Shown piece by piece: positions 1 through 12,988 of a stretch of 64,000 nt of DNA. The stretch spans positions 8,160,001 through 8,224,000 of the forward strand of contig CM000151.3 of the NCBI GenBank assembly GCA_000004695.1, read 5' to 3'. The position numbers and the translations under genes were made by a program. How positions within the stretch are numbered: position 1 is the stretch's first letter; the number at the start of each line of letters is the position of its first letter. Source of the stretch: Dictyostelium discoideum (Eukaryota). Under the pieces are notes generated by a model that ran no database searches, was not told the origin of the DNA, and saw only the letters and a program-made list of their open reading frames with translations.

Positions 1-501
1 ACATCATATAATGGTGATCCAATTATTGGAACAAATTATAAAGGTATAAATTCTCAAAATAATAATAATAATAATAATGGTTCTCCATTTACAATGAGAG
101 AGAAAAATATTCCAAGATTAATGGGAATTGTATTTGGATGTATTGGTGCATGTCTTTTAATAATTATAATTGGTGTTTGTTGGCACCATTCTTCAAAACA
201 TGGTGGTCTAAGACATTGGCTAATATCTCGTGCTGCCTCCTCTTCAAATATTAGAAGTAGTAGTAGTAGTAGTGGTAGTCCAAAAATTAGTGAATCTGGT
301 GAAATAATATTAAATAATAGCACTAGTAGTGTAGTAAGTACTACTAGTCTTTGTAGCAGTAGCAGTACCAATAATCTTGTAAATAGTATAAGTAGTAGTA
401 ATTTAAATATTAATAATAGTACAAGTATTAATATAAATAATAATGATTATAATAATAATAATATTATTAATAACAATAGTGATGGACTAATAAAAAAGTA
501 A
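1..501 (+). CDS. 3' end of a gene (partial CDS, no start in window) encoding a single-pass membrane protein with a Ser/Asn-rich cytoplasmic tail
   Basis: Frame 1 is open from nt 1 (TSYNGDPIIGTNYKG...) through the listed ORF to TAA at 499-501. It contains a hydrophobic 23-aa segment (MGIVFGCIGACLLIIIIGVCW) followed by Ser-rich low complexity. Confidence 0.55.
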   Translation, partial: TSYNGDPIIGTNYKGINSQNNNNNNNGSPFTMREKNIPRLMGIVFGCIGACLLIIIIGVCWHHSSKHGGLRHWLISRAASSSNIRSSSSSSGSPKISESGEIILNNSTSSVVSTTSLCSSSSTNNLVNSISSSNLNINNSTSININNNDYNNNNIINNNSDGLIKK

Positions 502-719
502 AATAAATTTAAATATCTATTTTTTTTTTTCTTTTTTTTTTTTTCTTTGAATATTAAGTTGTTCAGATATTTTTTTTTTTTTTTTTGGGAAATAAAAAAA
601 CAAAAATAATTGGTTGAAATCCATACTTTCAACAAAATTTTTATAATAAAAAATTTAAATTTCAATCATTATCATAAAAATCTTTTTTTTTGATCGAGGG
701 TTTGTTTGGTGGGACCAAA

Positions 720-754
<35 letters not shown>

Positions 755-1344
755 GGAAATAATTGTTATTTTTAAATTATTTCAAAATTAGCTGCAAATT
801 TTATAGAAAAAAAAAAAAAAAGTTTTAAAAATATCTTTTCCGATTGATTTAAAAAAATTAAAAAAAAAAAAATTAAAAAAATTAATAAAATTTGATATTG
901 ATATTCAAGATGTCGACATAAATATTTTATTTTATTTTTTTATTTTTTTTTTTACTTTTTTCTTTTATTTTCATTTTTTTGAATAGCCCTGGTAATTTTT
1001 TTTTTTTTTTTTTTCATAACCATTATACCTTTGTACTATTACCTTTTAATATAAATATTTTATATATACATATATTTTACATAAAATATCATTTTCTTTT
1101 TTTTTTTGTTTTTATTTTTTTTATTATTATAAAAAGTTATAGATCAAAATAAATAAAAAATTTAAACAGAATGGTAATTATTTTTTTAAAACACCTTGTG
1201 ATTATTTTTTTTTTCTATTTTTTTTTTATTTTTTTTCATTTTTTAACATTTTCATTTTTTTATTTTTATTTTTTTTTTTATTTTTATTTTTATTTTTTTT
1301 AAAAAAAAAACCTTTTACTAATTTTTCATTTTTTTTTTTTTTTT

Positions 1345-1350
<6 letters not shown>

Positions 1351-1378
<28 letters not shown>
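1351..1378. repeat. (AT)14 dinucleotide microsatellite
   Basis: Read directly from the sequence. Confidence 0.9.
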
Positions 1379-1381
<3 letters not shown>

Positions 1382-1415
1382 TAAAAATAATTATTTTATA
1401 TAATACTTTAAAAAA

Positions 1416-2607
1416 ATGCAGTCAACTTCAGTTTCTCCAAATTATTTGGACTTGGTTCCAATTGATTTTATGATGAAATTATTACCATCAGAATATACTT
1501 TTCAAAGTTTATTTGAAGTCGATTACAGTAAATGGGATTGGAGTCAATTAATCCCATCAAAAGATTTCAAATTTATCGAGGGTGTTACACCATTCACAAA
1601 TAAAAATTTCATCTTTATGTCTATTTTCCTTTATCTTTTAACTGTTTTATCAATTAAAGTAAGTAATCCCGAATTTTTTAGATACGCAAAAAAAAAAAAA
1701 AGATATTTTTGGAATTTTTTTTTTTTTTTTTTTTAACCCTTTGTTTTTTTAAATTTAAAAAAAAAACACTTTTATTAATAGTTTTTTTTTTTTTTTTTTT
1801 TCTATTTAAAAAATTTAGGTTTTATTTAATGTTTTAAATATAAAAGGATGGAGACTTGGTATGATATCAGGTATTCATAATTTAATTTTATGTGTTTGGT
1901 CATTTGTTATGTGCGCAGGTTTATCATATGATCTTTTACTTTTATTCACTTCATCAGAACATGGTATAAACGCATTATTCTGTTCACCAGAGTCAAATCC
2001 ATTAACTGGAAGAATATTTTACTGGCATTATTTATATTTTATCAGTAAATTTTATGAATTTATTGATACTTTAATTATTGTTTTAAAAAGAGTAAATTAT
2101 TATTATTATTATTATTAAATATTTTAAAATAATTCAAACACTAAAATATATTTCTAACATTTATTTATTTTATTTGTTTAGAGAGAATTAATTTTCTTAC
2201 ATATTTGGCATCATGCAATTGTTGTTTTAATTGTTTGGACATGGTTACCAGGAGTTGCATATGCAAGTGTTGGTATGTTTGCCAATACATTAGTTCATGT
2301 ATTTATGTATTACTATTATTTTAGAACATCAATTAATCCATCAGTTAGAATTTGGTGGAAATCATATCTTACAAGTGGTCAATTATTCCAATTTTCAATG
2401 TCATTCGTATTAGCAATTCCATTCCTCTTACAAGATATTTCTTTAAATCAAACCACTGGTAAATTTAATCATTCATGTAAAGGTTGGGGTGCATTTGGTT
2501 TCACAATGGTAAACAATTTAATATTTTTAATTTTATTCATTAATTTCTATATTCAAACATATGTTAATAGAAAATCTTCAACAAAATCAAAATCAAAATC
2601 TGAATAA
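1416..2607 (+). CDS. ELO-family fatty acid elongase, 3 exons: join(1416..1658,1819..2091,2182..2607)
   Basis: Spliced product has several TM helices and the ELO histidine box LHIWHHAIVV plus MYYYYF. Donors are GTAAGT at 1659 and GTAAAT at 2092. Acceptors are AG at 1817-1818 and 2180-2181. All exons are phase 0 and the frames join without stops. Confidence 0.85.
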
Positions 2608-2743
2608 AAAAAAAATAAAAAAAGAGAATAGGCAAAAAAAATTTTTTTATTTATATATTTAACACCTCAATTGTCCAATAATTAAAAGAAATTAATAATT
2701 TTTTTTATATGTATTAATGTTTATTTTTTTTTTTTATTATTAT

Positions 2744-2779
<36 letters not shown>

Positions 2780-3218
2780 ATATAAAACACGTTTGAAATA
2801 GATTTAATTTAAATCTATAGGTGTTGATTGTACAATTATTTATAATGATATTAAAGGTATTGATATATAATGTTTGAATTTTTTTTTTTTTTTTTTTTTT
2901 TGTTGGTGAGATTTATCTTTGTTTAATTACTATTCTTTTTTTTTTTTTTTTTTTTTAATTATACTAGTATATATTTATATAAATTATTCGCGTTAAATAT
3001 TTTTTTTTTTTTCTATTTTACAAAATTATTTACAAGTTTCTTTTCTTTTTTTTTTTTTTTTTTTTGAAAACGAAAATTGGATTCCAGATATGTTGATTAA
3101 AAAATGATATTATTTATAATTAAAAATAAGATATTATATTATTAAAAAGGTAATCGCACATTATTTATATATCCTTTTTAAGTAATTAACAAATTATTCT
3201 TTGTTTATAAAATTATAT

Positions 3219-4224
3219 TTAATATGTACAATTTAAGATTAAATTTTGTTGTTGGATTTTAGTGAGTTTGGCACTATTTGGTGATGGTGGTGGATTACCA
3301 CTATTATTTTCAACAACATCTTCATCGCTATTATTATTATTGGTGTTATTATTATTATTATTATTATTTATATGTTGTTGCGCTTGTTGGTTATTATTAT
3401 TATGTTGTTGATGATGATTTAAGAAATGTTGTTGTTGAACTTGTAAATGATGATTATGAATTGAAGATTTTAACAATTCTGATGGAACTTTAACGCTACT
3501 ATTATTTGTAATTGAGAAACCTGGATTGGTTTGAGAATTAACTTTATAATTATTTCCACCAAATGGATTTGGAAGTGGAGATATCTTGAAAGGATCATCT
3601 GAACCACTGAATAATAATGGACTCTTTGAAGAGCTTGCAGATGGAGAAGTACTATTATTATTACTATTATTATTGCTGTTGTTATTGTTGTTGTTGTTGC
3701 CACTAGCACTCTTCCATGGTGAGAATGGATTGGATGGAATTGGTGGTGATGAACCATTACCAATTGTTGAATGATGATTAGCAGATAACAAGGATGGACT
3801 TGATGATGAATGATAGTTTGGAGGTGGTGGCGAGATTGTACCACCATTATTGTTGTTGTTGTTTGAATGATTGTTACCACCATCTAAAATGGTAATATGT
3901 GAAGTTGAATGTTGTGGTGGTGTATTAATTGAAGGTCCATTCAAAGTTAAATTGTTATTAAAGTTTGATAATGAAAAATGTACACCACTTGCAGTTAACA
4001 ATGGGGAATTACCAACGATGGAAGGACTGGTAGTCAATGAAGAATTTACAACATTTGATTGGCTAGTTGTCATTGATGCTGGATTGTTACCTCTTGGAGT
4101 TCTACATTTTGGTGATGGTGTATCAGAGAAAATCATTGGAGAATACTTTAATAATAACAATTCCTCTTCAGTAAAACGTTCTTCATCATGAGCTTTTCTT
4201 TTTCTATTTATATCACCTTCTTCA

Positions 4225-4262
<38 letters not shown>

Positions 4263-4979
4263 GCTGTTATTATTATTATTATTGTTATTATTATTATTAT
4301 TATTATTTACAGGTTGTTGTGGTGATGGTTGAGTTTGTACAAATGAAGTTTTTCTTTTTGGGAAATTTCTATATAATGGATCCTCTCTTGGTGACTTGGT
4401 AGTACGTGGTGATAGACCAGCTTCAGGAGTTAGGCAAATGTTATTGTTTGAGACAATGGTAGGAGTACCACCACTAGCATTTATGTTTGCCTCTTCATCA
4501 TCGTAGATTGAGTTTTCCTTATCTGGTGGTAATGACCATGGATTTAATGGTTGAATTAATCTCCAATGACCATTACAACCCATAGCATCCCAACCAGATT
4601 CGAAATGACGACAATGACTAAGAGAATCTTGAACTTGTTTTCTCCAACGATCTGATTTGGCAGTATTAATTGAAAGATGATCCCAATGCGAGTCTACATA
4701 GGTGTAGATATCTTTTTTGAGGTTGAAATATTTCTTCTCTGGATGTAATACACTAAGACAATAGAGGGCAACACGTAATTTCAATGTCCAAGTGGCTCTT
4801 CTCTTTTGGAGACAACTTGGTGTACCATTAACACAAAGCATACATCCATCATATTCATATGGTGTTGAAACCAATATCTTTGTATGTGGAGAACATGGAT
4901 TAGATGAAGATGGTGATTTACTAATATTATTTGCCAAATTGGCTAAATTTACTGTTGGAATAATAATTGAATCTTTCAT
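3219..4979 (-). CDS. Hypothetical 586-aa protein with an N-terminal Cys/His-rich globular region (about residues 1-160), then poly-Asn/Ser/Pro low complexity
   Basis: Single uninterrupted ORF with an ATG start. The N-terminal region has spaced Cys/His (CSPH...CMLCVNGTPSC...YCLSVLH...HCRHFESGWDAMGCNGHW) suggesting a zinc-binding module. I could not place it in a family. Confidence 0.6.
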
Positions 4980-5780
4980 CTTATTTAAATTATTATTATT
5001 ATTAATAATTTTATTGGTAGCTATTTTTAATTTATTATTATTATTATTATTATTGTTTTTTATTATTATTATTTTTTAAAAAATATATATAATTATTATA
5101 ATTATTATTATTATTACTATTATTATTATTATTATTATTATTATTAGTTATTTTTAAATTTTTATTATTACACGTTTATATAAATATATTTTGTTTTATT
5201 TGTTAATTATTAAAAGTTTAATTAATTTAATCTAAATATTAAAAAGAATAAATATTAGTATTGGGGTTTTTTTTTTTTTTTTTTTTTTAAATAATTTATT
5301 GAGGATGGAGGAGGAGAAATAAAAAAATAAAAAAAAAAAAAAAAAGTTAACCAAAAAAAAAAATAAAAAATAAAAAAATAAAAAAAAAAAACATAAAACA
5401 ATAAATCCTTTTTTAGTGCAAGTTTTGTTTATTATAAAAAAAATAGAATAAATTATTTTATTTTTTATCAAATTCGTATATATTTTAAAGATATAAAAAA
5501 AAAAATTTTAAAATTTTTAAAATAATGGTGGATGAAGAAGAGAAAAACGGCTATTTTTTTTTCCCTTTTTTTTTTTTTTTTTTTTAAAACTATTATATTA
5601 TGTATGTAATATTTTTTTTATTTTTTTCTTTTTTTTTTTTTTTTTGGTGGGTTTAATATTTATTATTGCAGAAACACACACCATAAAAATATTAAAAGAC
5701 ACACAAAAAAAAAAAATACGAAATGCTACTAATATTTTAAAAAGATTATTAAATTGTTTAATTATTTTTTTAGATAACTA

Positions 5781-5822
<42 letters not shown>

Positions 5823-6103
5823 GAATACAGTTAAAAATAAAATAAAATAATTTTAAAGTAATAATAAAAAAATAAAATAAAATAAAATTAAAAAAAATAT
5901 AGAGTATTAAATGGATAAATAGATATAAATATTTTATTTATTATAATATAGTTGGGGTGTTTTATTTTTTTTTTATTTTTTTATTTTTTTTTATTATTAT
6001 TATTTTTTTTTAATTTTTTTTTAATTATTTTTTAAATAAATACACGCTAATATATACATTTAAAACCAACAAATATACCAATTATTGAGAGTTTAATTGA
6101 TTG

Positions 6104-6170
<67 letters not shown>

Positions 6171-6298
6171 TTTATTATTTTATTATTATTATTATTTTTT
6201 TTTTTTTAATGTTACATGTTAAAAAAAAAAAAAAAAAATTAAAAAAATATAAATAAAAAAATTACTCAAATAAACACACTATAATTCAATGCGATTAC

Positions 6299-6316
6299 CA
6301 TACTTTTAAAAGTATG
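6299..6316. promoter_or_regulatory. Perfect 18-bp palindrome CATACTTTTAAAAGTATG in a long intergenic region
   Basis: Read directly: catactttt|aaaagtatg is self-complementary. It lies about 80 bp from a G-rich box cluster. Confidence 0.3.
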
Positions 6317-6392
6317 AGCACAACATTTGAATTTTTTGTGTCGTTAGTTAACCAAAAACATAAATAATTATAAAAATAAAAAATAACATAAT

Positions 6393-6544
6393 GGGTGTGT
6401 GAAAGTGTGTTGAAAGGATTTTTTTTTTTTCTTTTCTTTTTTTTTTTGAGTGAATAGTTAATTCCAACTATAGTATATTAAATAACGTATTGTGGGTTAT
6501 GAGTGTGGGGTGTGGTGTTTTTATACAAATAATTGGGGGGTGCG
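6393..6544. promoter_or_regulatory. Cluster of G-box/GT-rich motifs (GGGTGTGTGAAAGTGTGTTG; TGTGGGTTATGAGTGTGGGGTGTGGTG; GGGGGGTGCG), a candidate distal regulatory module
   Basis: G-rich islands unusual in >90% A+T spacer. They resemble GBF-type G-box elements and lie about 1.4 kb upstream of the minus-strand gene that starts at 4979. TTGTGGGT at 6494-6501 is also the reverse complement of a DUSE-like ACCCACAA. Confidence 0.3.
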
Positions 6545-7830
6545 TTATTTATTTAGATTACAGAATAGTTATGGATATCTTTCAAAATTACTAAACAAAT
6601 AAAATTATTATTTTATAAATTTAATAATAAAAAAAAAAAAAAAAATAAAAATAAAAAAAAACATATACATATATAAATATATAAAATATAAAATATATAT
6701 ATAAATATATTGTACCAGGGGTGGTAGTATTATTTTGTGTTTTGGTTGCATTATCTTTATAAATCATATAATTAAAATAGTGAAAATTTGCGAATGTAAA
6801 TTATGTAATGTGCTTGTTGCCTTGTTTTTACTAAATAATTATTTATAAAATAAATAATTAAAAATAATAAAATACAGAATGAAATAAAGAGAGGGGTCAT
6901 GCAAAAGACAAAACACAAGATAAACGGACTATATAATAAAATAAATAAAATAAATAAAATCATACAAAAATAATTGTGTATAATAAAATATGAATTTTCC
7001 AATTGTTTTTTTCTTTGTAATAAACTGCTAAATTGATTACAATAAAAAATTTAAAAAAAAAAAAATAAAAAAAAAAAAAAATTAATGGGATGTATATTTA
7101 CAATAAGCACAAAATAAAAATAAAAAATAAAAAAATAAAAAAAATACTTTTATATATAATATTAAAAAAAAAAAAAAAAAATTAAAAATAAATAAAAAAA
7201 AAACTTGCAATGATAAAAAAAAAAACTATTTACTTTTTTTTGATTACTTTTTTTTTTATTTTCTAATATAAATTTTTATTTTTGGATATTTTTAAAAAAA
7301 AACAATGACAAAAATTTAAATGAAAGTGCTTAGAAAAGGGAAAATAAAATTAATAAAAAAAAAAAATAGAGATAAAAAAAAAATATAAAAATAAAAAATA
7401 AAAAAATTAAAAATAATAATAAAAAAAAAAAAATGAATGAATGAAATAAAAAAAATAAATGAAAAAAGAAGAATAATTAATTAAAAGATTTAATTTTTTT
7501 ACTTTCTAATTACTTTTTATTTTTTTAATATATAATTAATAATATTGATAAAATTTTACTTTTTTGTACGTATTACAAATAAAATTTTAAATTTTTTTTA
7601 TAAAAAAAAAATAAATTACAAAATGGATAATGTAATGAAAAGAATAATTTTTTAATATAAAAAAAATAAAAATAAAAAAAAAAAATAATAAAAATTAAAA
7701 ATTAAAAAATTAAATAATAATAAAATAAAAATAATAATAATAATAATAATAAAATAAAAATAGAAAAAAAAACACAGAGGAATTATTTCGATTATCGTAA
7801 TTAATTTTGATAAAAAAAACACACTTTGTG

Positions 7831-7861
<31 letters not shown>

Positions 7862-8074
7862 TTTTGATCCTAAATTTAAACACACAAAAAGCACATTAAC
7901 ACACAAACACACTAAAAAAAAAAATTATTTTTATTTTATTTTTATTATTTTTATTAAATCAGTATCCTAAATATGTATGATTCATGTGATTAACTCCATT
8001 AAAGGAATAAAGAGTGAAAAAACATTTTTAGTTTTGTGGGCGAAATGTGTGTGTGTGATTTTCTTTAAAATACT

Positions 8075-8109
<35 letters not shown>

Positions 8110-9010
8110 AAATAATAATAATAAAATAATAAAAAAAATTAAAAGAATTGAAAGTAATTGTACAAACACACAAACACACATGAACAAAAACAAAAAATAA
8201 TTTTTTATCATAATAAGTAATTTTCATTGATTTTAAAAAAATTAATTCCTTACGTTTTTTGGCGATTTAAAAAAATTAAGTCAGTGAAAAATATTAATTA
8301 TTTTAAAAAAAAATAAAAGGAATTATTATTATTATTTAGAAATTAAAATTATTTAATTAAAAAAATTTTTTTTTTTTTTTAAAAATATAAACAATAAAAA
8401 TTAAATATATAATTATTTATATCTTTATTTTTTTTTTTTTATTATTATTGGTTATTTGGATTTTATTTGTTATTATTTTACAAAGATTCTCGATGTTTGA
8501 AGAAAAAAAAAAAAAAATAAAATTTAAAAATAAAATTTTAAATTGTTTTTTCAAAAAAAAAAAAAAATTTAACCTCTTGAAATGTTTGGAAAATTAAAAA
8601 AAATAAAAAAAAATTAAAATTTAAAAAAAAAATTAAAATAAATTGAAATTAAATACTTTCATTGGACAACTTGAATTTTTTATTCACTTTTTAGGAAATA
8701 ATTAAAAAATCTCTGAGAAAAATGTTGAAAAAAAAAAAAAACCACAAACCAAGTCAGTTAGTAAAATCAATATGAAAAAAAGTGTCTTTTGATTATTTTG
8801 AAAAACTTAAGTTTAAAAAAAAAAAAATAATAAAAAAAAAAAAAAATAAAAAATAAAAAATTATAATCGATATTTTTCAGTGTCAGTATTCATCGAGGCA
8901 ACACTTATAAAAATTTCTTTTTTTAATTTCTTTTTTTTTTTTAAATTTAATTAATTTTTAATTAATTTTTATAATTTTTTTTCTTCTCATACAAATACTT
9001 ACTTAATTTA

Positions 9011-9014
<4 letters not shown>

Positions 9015-9070
<56 letters not shown>
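9015..9070. repeat. Poly(dT) homopolymer of about 56 nt
   Basis: Read directly from the sequence. Confidence 0.9.
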
Positions 9071-9073
<3 letters not shown>

Positions 9074-9745
9074 AAAATTTTTAAAAAAAAAAGTGTCTTT
9101 TCATTTGAAGTTCAGTTACAATATTAAAATAAAAAAAAATTATTCGGAAAGACGTTTTACATGATTAAGTTGTGTTTCATTTGTTAAAATAAATTTTCCC
9201 CACAAAACCCTCTATTTCATCTGCCCCATTATTCACATAATTAATTTTTTTTAACAAAAATATGAGTTGTTGAAATATTTTTATATTATTTCTTAAAATC
9301 TCTAAAATTAATTGAAAAAAAAAAAAAATCATAATTGGACCAATTTTTTACTTGTATATTTAATCGATATTATTAATAATAAAAAAAAAAAAAAAAATCT
9401 TAAAAATAATTTCCATTTATATTAAAAAAAAATAGTTTATAAAATCACTTTATAAATTTAATAATGATACCATTTTTGATCTTTTTGTTTATTATAAAAT
9501 ATACAGTTTTAAATTTTATTAAATTTAATTTTTTTTTTTTTTTTTTTAAAAATAATTAATATGGGCCATATTTAATATTAAAAATGCACCATATTAAATA
9601 TTTAACAACTTTTTTTTTTTTTTTTTTGTTCCCCTTTTTCTTTTTTTTTATTTTATTTTATTTTTTTAAAAAAAAAAAAAAGGGAAAAAATTTGTTCTTT
9701 TTAATTTTTTATCTCTTTTTTTTTTTTTTTTTTTTTTAATGATAA

Positions 9746-10132
9746 TTAAAATTTACTTGATACACAGATTGTTACACCAGCAAGAACAAATATCATACCA
9801 AGATAAGATTTAAAATGTAATACTTTTTCACCTAAAAGCATACCCATTAATGAAGTAAATAGAAAGGTAAGGGAATTTGAGATTGGAACAACTAATGAAA
9901 TATCAACTTTACTAAGTGTATAAAAGAAAACCACTGAACCACTTAAATTGATCAACATTGGAATCGTATAACTTGGTCTAGTCCATAAATAAACAAATTC
10001 ATAAATAATTTGTGATAGGAAATTATCTTTTTTGACTTTTGAAACACCTTCACTTCCTCTTTTAATTAATGGATTTGTACCACCCCAAATAAATCCAACT
10101 AATAATAAACTAATAATATTGTAAGTATCCAT
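9746..10132 (-). CDS. Small multi-pass membrane protein, TMEM234-like (128 aa)
   Basis: Four predicted TM helices. The motif LLLVGFIWGGTNPLIKRGS resembles the conserved WGGT.P..KR motif of the TMEM234 (C1orf91) family. Single ORF, ATG start. Confidence 0.5.
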   Translation of the reverse strand: MDTYNIISLLLVGFIWGGTNPLIKRGSEGVSKVKKDNFLSQIIYEFVYLWTRPSYTIPMLINLSGSVVFFYTLSKVDISLVVPISNSLTFLFTSLMGMLLGEKVLHFKSYLGMIFVLAGVTICVSSKF

Positions 10133-10218
10133 TACTTTTTTAATTAAAATATGTTTGTGATTTGTTGGAAAAATAAAAATAAAAATAAAAATTTAAAAAA
10201 AAAAAAAAAAAAAAAACC

Positions 10219-10250
<32 letters not shown>

Positions 10251-10343
10251 TTTCGTTCGTTTTTTTTATTTTTTATTTTATTATTTTTTTTTTTGGTTTG
10301 TTTGTTATTATTATTAATATTAATAAATAATTTATTTTAAAAA

Positions 10344-11360
10344 ATGCAATTAGTGGATTGGTTATCAAGTCATGCTAAAGTTGAAGATATTAATAAAGAA
10401 AGATTTGGACTTGAATTAAAGAATGATCAAGAAATAAAAGAATGGAATAATGATATTGAAAATAGATATAAAAAGAATCAAGGTGATTTAAATGCAAAAG
10501 CATTAGATGCTTGTAGTAAAAGATTGGGTATACCATCAAGCTATATAAATAATAGAGTATTATGTGAAGCAATCAATTATTTCATTTCAGAGGGTGATAC
10601 AGATAAAGCAGATATTTTATTTGCTAAAGCAATTGGAAATGGTTCAGCTGAGGCTATTTACTTATTATCATTATTGCATACACAATCGAATGGAAACATT
10701 GAAGAATCTTTAGACTTGTATGAACAAGTTTCATCGCTACCCCCATTCATTACATTATCAGATGGTGTCACCACCATACCAAATGCCAGAGTCACCGATT
10801 CGTTATATCTCACTGCATCATTTTATTTCAATGGTATCGGCAAGGAAAGAGATTTACCAAAAGCAATCGAATTCTACAATAAAGGTATCGAATTGAAAAA
10901 TGAAAAATGTATTCGTGATTTAGGTTTACTCTATATCGAAGGTGTGGGTGTTGAAAAAGATATTGAAAAAGGACTTGACCTCTTAAAGAGTGCTTCTGAA
11001 TTGGGTGACCCTGTATCTAAATTCAATTATGGTATGTTATTATTCAATGATTCCCCAATCGAAGGTTTTAAATATATGCAAGAAGCTGCTGATTTAGGTG
11101 TTGAAGAAGCTCAAAATAAAGTTAAATTTTATAAACCAACAATTGAAAAAATCTTATTACAACCAAATATTGAAGAAGAATTATTAGAAAATCAAAAAAG
11201 AAATAATAAAAACAATAAAAATAACAATAATAATAATAATAAAAATAATAATAATAAAAATAAAAACAAATCATCTTCAAATAAAGAATCTGAAACACCA
11301 AAAAATATAATTGAAAAACCAAAGAATAAAATTATTGATGATTGTGATAATGTTGATTAA
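10344..11360 (+). CDS. Sel1-like repeat (SLR/TPR-like) protein with a Lys/Asn-rich C-terminal tail
   Basis: Repeated units of the form SLYLTASFYFNGIGKERDLPKAIEFYNKGIEL / LGLLYIEGVGVEKDIEKGLDLLKSASELGDP / FNYGMLLFND match the Sel1 repeat consensus. Single ORF. Confidence 0.7.
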   Translation: MQLVDWLSSHAKVEDINKERFGLELKNDQEIKEWNNDIENRYKKNQGDLNAKALDACSKRLGIPSSYINNRVLCEAINYFISEGDTDKADILFAKAIGNGSAEAIYLLSLLHTQSNGNIEESLDLYEQVSSLPPFITLSDGVTTIPNARVTDSLYLTASFYFNGIGKERDLPKAIEFYNKGIELKNEKCIRDLGLLYIEGVGVEKDIEKGLDLLKSASELGDPVSKFNYGMLLFNDSPIEGFKYMQEAADLGVEEAQNKVKFYKPTIEKILLQPNIEEELLENQKRNNKNNKNNNNNNNKNNNNKNKNKSSSNKESETPKNIIEKPKNKIIDDCDNVD

Positions 11361-11699
11361 AATTAAATAAAATAAATAAAACTTGAACTAAAAATTGAAA
11401 AAAAAAAAAAAAAAAAAAAAAAAAAGAATTTTAAATGCAAATTAATTATAAATAGAATTTATTTTTTTTTTTTTATTTTTATTTTTTATTTTCACTAAAT
11501 TTAGTGAAAATAATACCATCTATTTTTTTTTTTTATTTTTTTTTTATAAAAAATTAAAAAATAAAAAATAAATAAAAAATAAACAAAAAAAACAAAGTGT
11601 GTGCTTTTTTTTTTTTTTTTTTTTTTTTTTATTATTTTATTGCATTTATTATTTTATTATTTTCACATATAAACAATAAAAAAAAAAAAAAATCTCAAA

Positions 11700-12128
11700 A
11701 TGACAATTTTAAAAGGGAATCCAATAAATGAAAAAATAATAAACAATCAATATAAAATAAAAAATTTAATTAGTGAAGAACAAGAAGAAAATTATTCAAA
11801 TTATAATATAAATAATATTAAAAATAATGATAACGATAATAATAATATAATAAATACAACACCAATTATAAAAACTAGATGTAAAATTTGTTGGATTAAA
11901 TATGTAAATAATGAATTAATAAAAATGGGTGAATGTAATCATCAAATGTGTAAACATTGTTCAATTAAAACATTTGAAATGGATATTGAAAGAAATAAAA
12001 AAATTGAATGTATATGGTGTGGCAATAAAATTGATGAACCTTTAATTTCTGATTTATTGGGTATAGATTATAAATTATACTTGGAAAATAAAAAGAATGG
12101 TAATAATAATCCTAATAATAATAATAAC

Positions 12129-12186
<58 letters not shown>

Positions 12187-12988
12187 TATTTTATAGTTTT
12201 TTATCAAATAATGGTAAATCATCAAATTTAATTAATATTTATTGGGAATGTCCATCATGTCAAGATAAAACATTAATTTTAAATCAAAATGAAGAAAAAA
12301 AAGTTTTATGCAAAACTTGTAACTATATTTTTTGTTTCTCTTGTAATGAATCTCATAATAACAATCAAACATGTGAAGAATATTTAAAAAAGGATGAATC
12401 AAGTTTAAAAACTTTTATTTGGAAACAATCAAATACAAAAAGATGTCCAAATTGTTTTGTATTTATTGGTAATTATTATTATTTTTTTTATTATTTTAAT
12501 TTTGATAAATTATTTTTTTATTTTTATTTTTGTTTTTTTATATTTTCCAAAAAAAAAAATTAAATAAAATAAAATAATAATAATAATTATAATAATAATT
12601 TAATTTTTTATTTTATTTTATATAAATAATTTATTTTTTATATTTATTAATGATTTTTTTTTTTTAAAAAAATTAAATTTTGTTTTTTTTTTTAATAAAT
12701 TCAAAGAAAAAAGAGGTGGCTGTTCATTTATGAGATGTGCAAAATGTAAATATGAATTTTGTTTTGAATGTTTATCTGTATATGTACGTATTCAAATAAA
12801 AAAATATATTTTCTAAAAAAAAAAAATGTCGACACATTTATCAATTTACTAATTAATTGATTTAATTTTATTAGAAAAAATTCCATCAATGTGATAATAG
12901 CGAAATGATATTTAAGGTAATTTTTATGATCTGTGCTTTGATTGGTTCAATATATATTGTATATTTATTAAAAAAAGTTAACACTTAA
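11700..12988 (+). CDS. RBR-type (RING1-IBR-RING2/Rcat) E3 ubiquitin ligase with a C-terminal transmembrane anchor (RNF144-like architecture), 3 exons: join(11700..12468,12707..12777,12875..12988)
   Basis: RING1 is CKICWIKYV..CNHQMCKHC. IBR is YWECPSCQDK...CKTCNYIFCFSCNESH. Splicing G|GTAATT at 12469 to AG at 12705-12706 restores the Rcat signature CPNCFVFIEKRGGCSFMRCAKCKYEFCFECLS. A second intron (GTATAT at 12778, AG at 12873-12874) joins KKFHQCDNSEMIFK plus the hydrophobic tail VIFMICALIGSIYIVYLL and a stop at 12986-12988. An alternative donor GTAATT at 12916 would remove the TM tail. Confidence 0.75.

Noticed and set aside
9180-9300. DUSE-like box (CCCCACAAAACCC) and downstream GTTG... that might mark a Class I or snRNA gene
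   Set aside because: The preceding base does not fit the [AT]CCCA[CT]AA consensus. No CCTTACAGCAA Class I motif or recognisable snRNA sequence follows at the expected about 60 bp.
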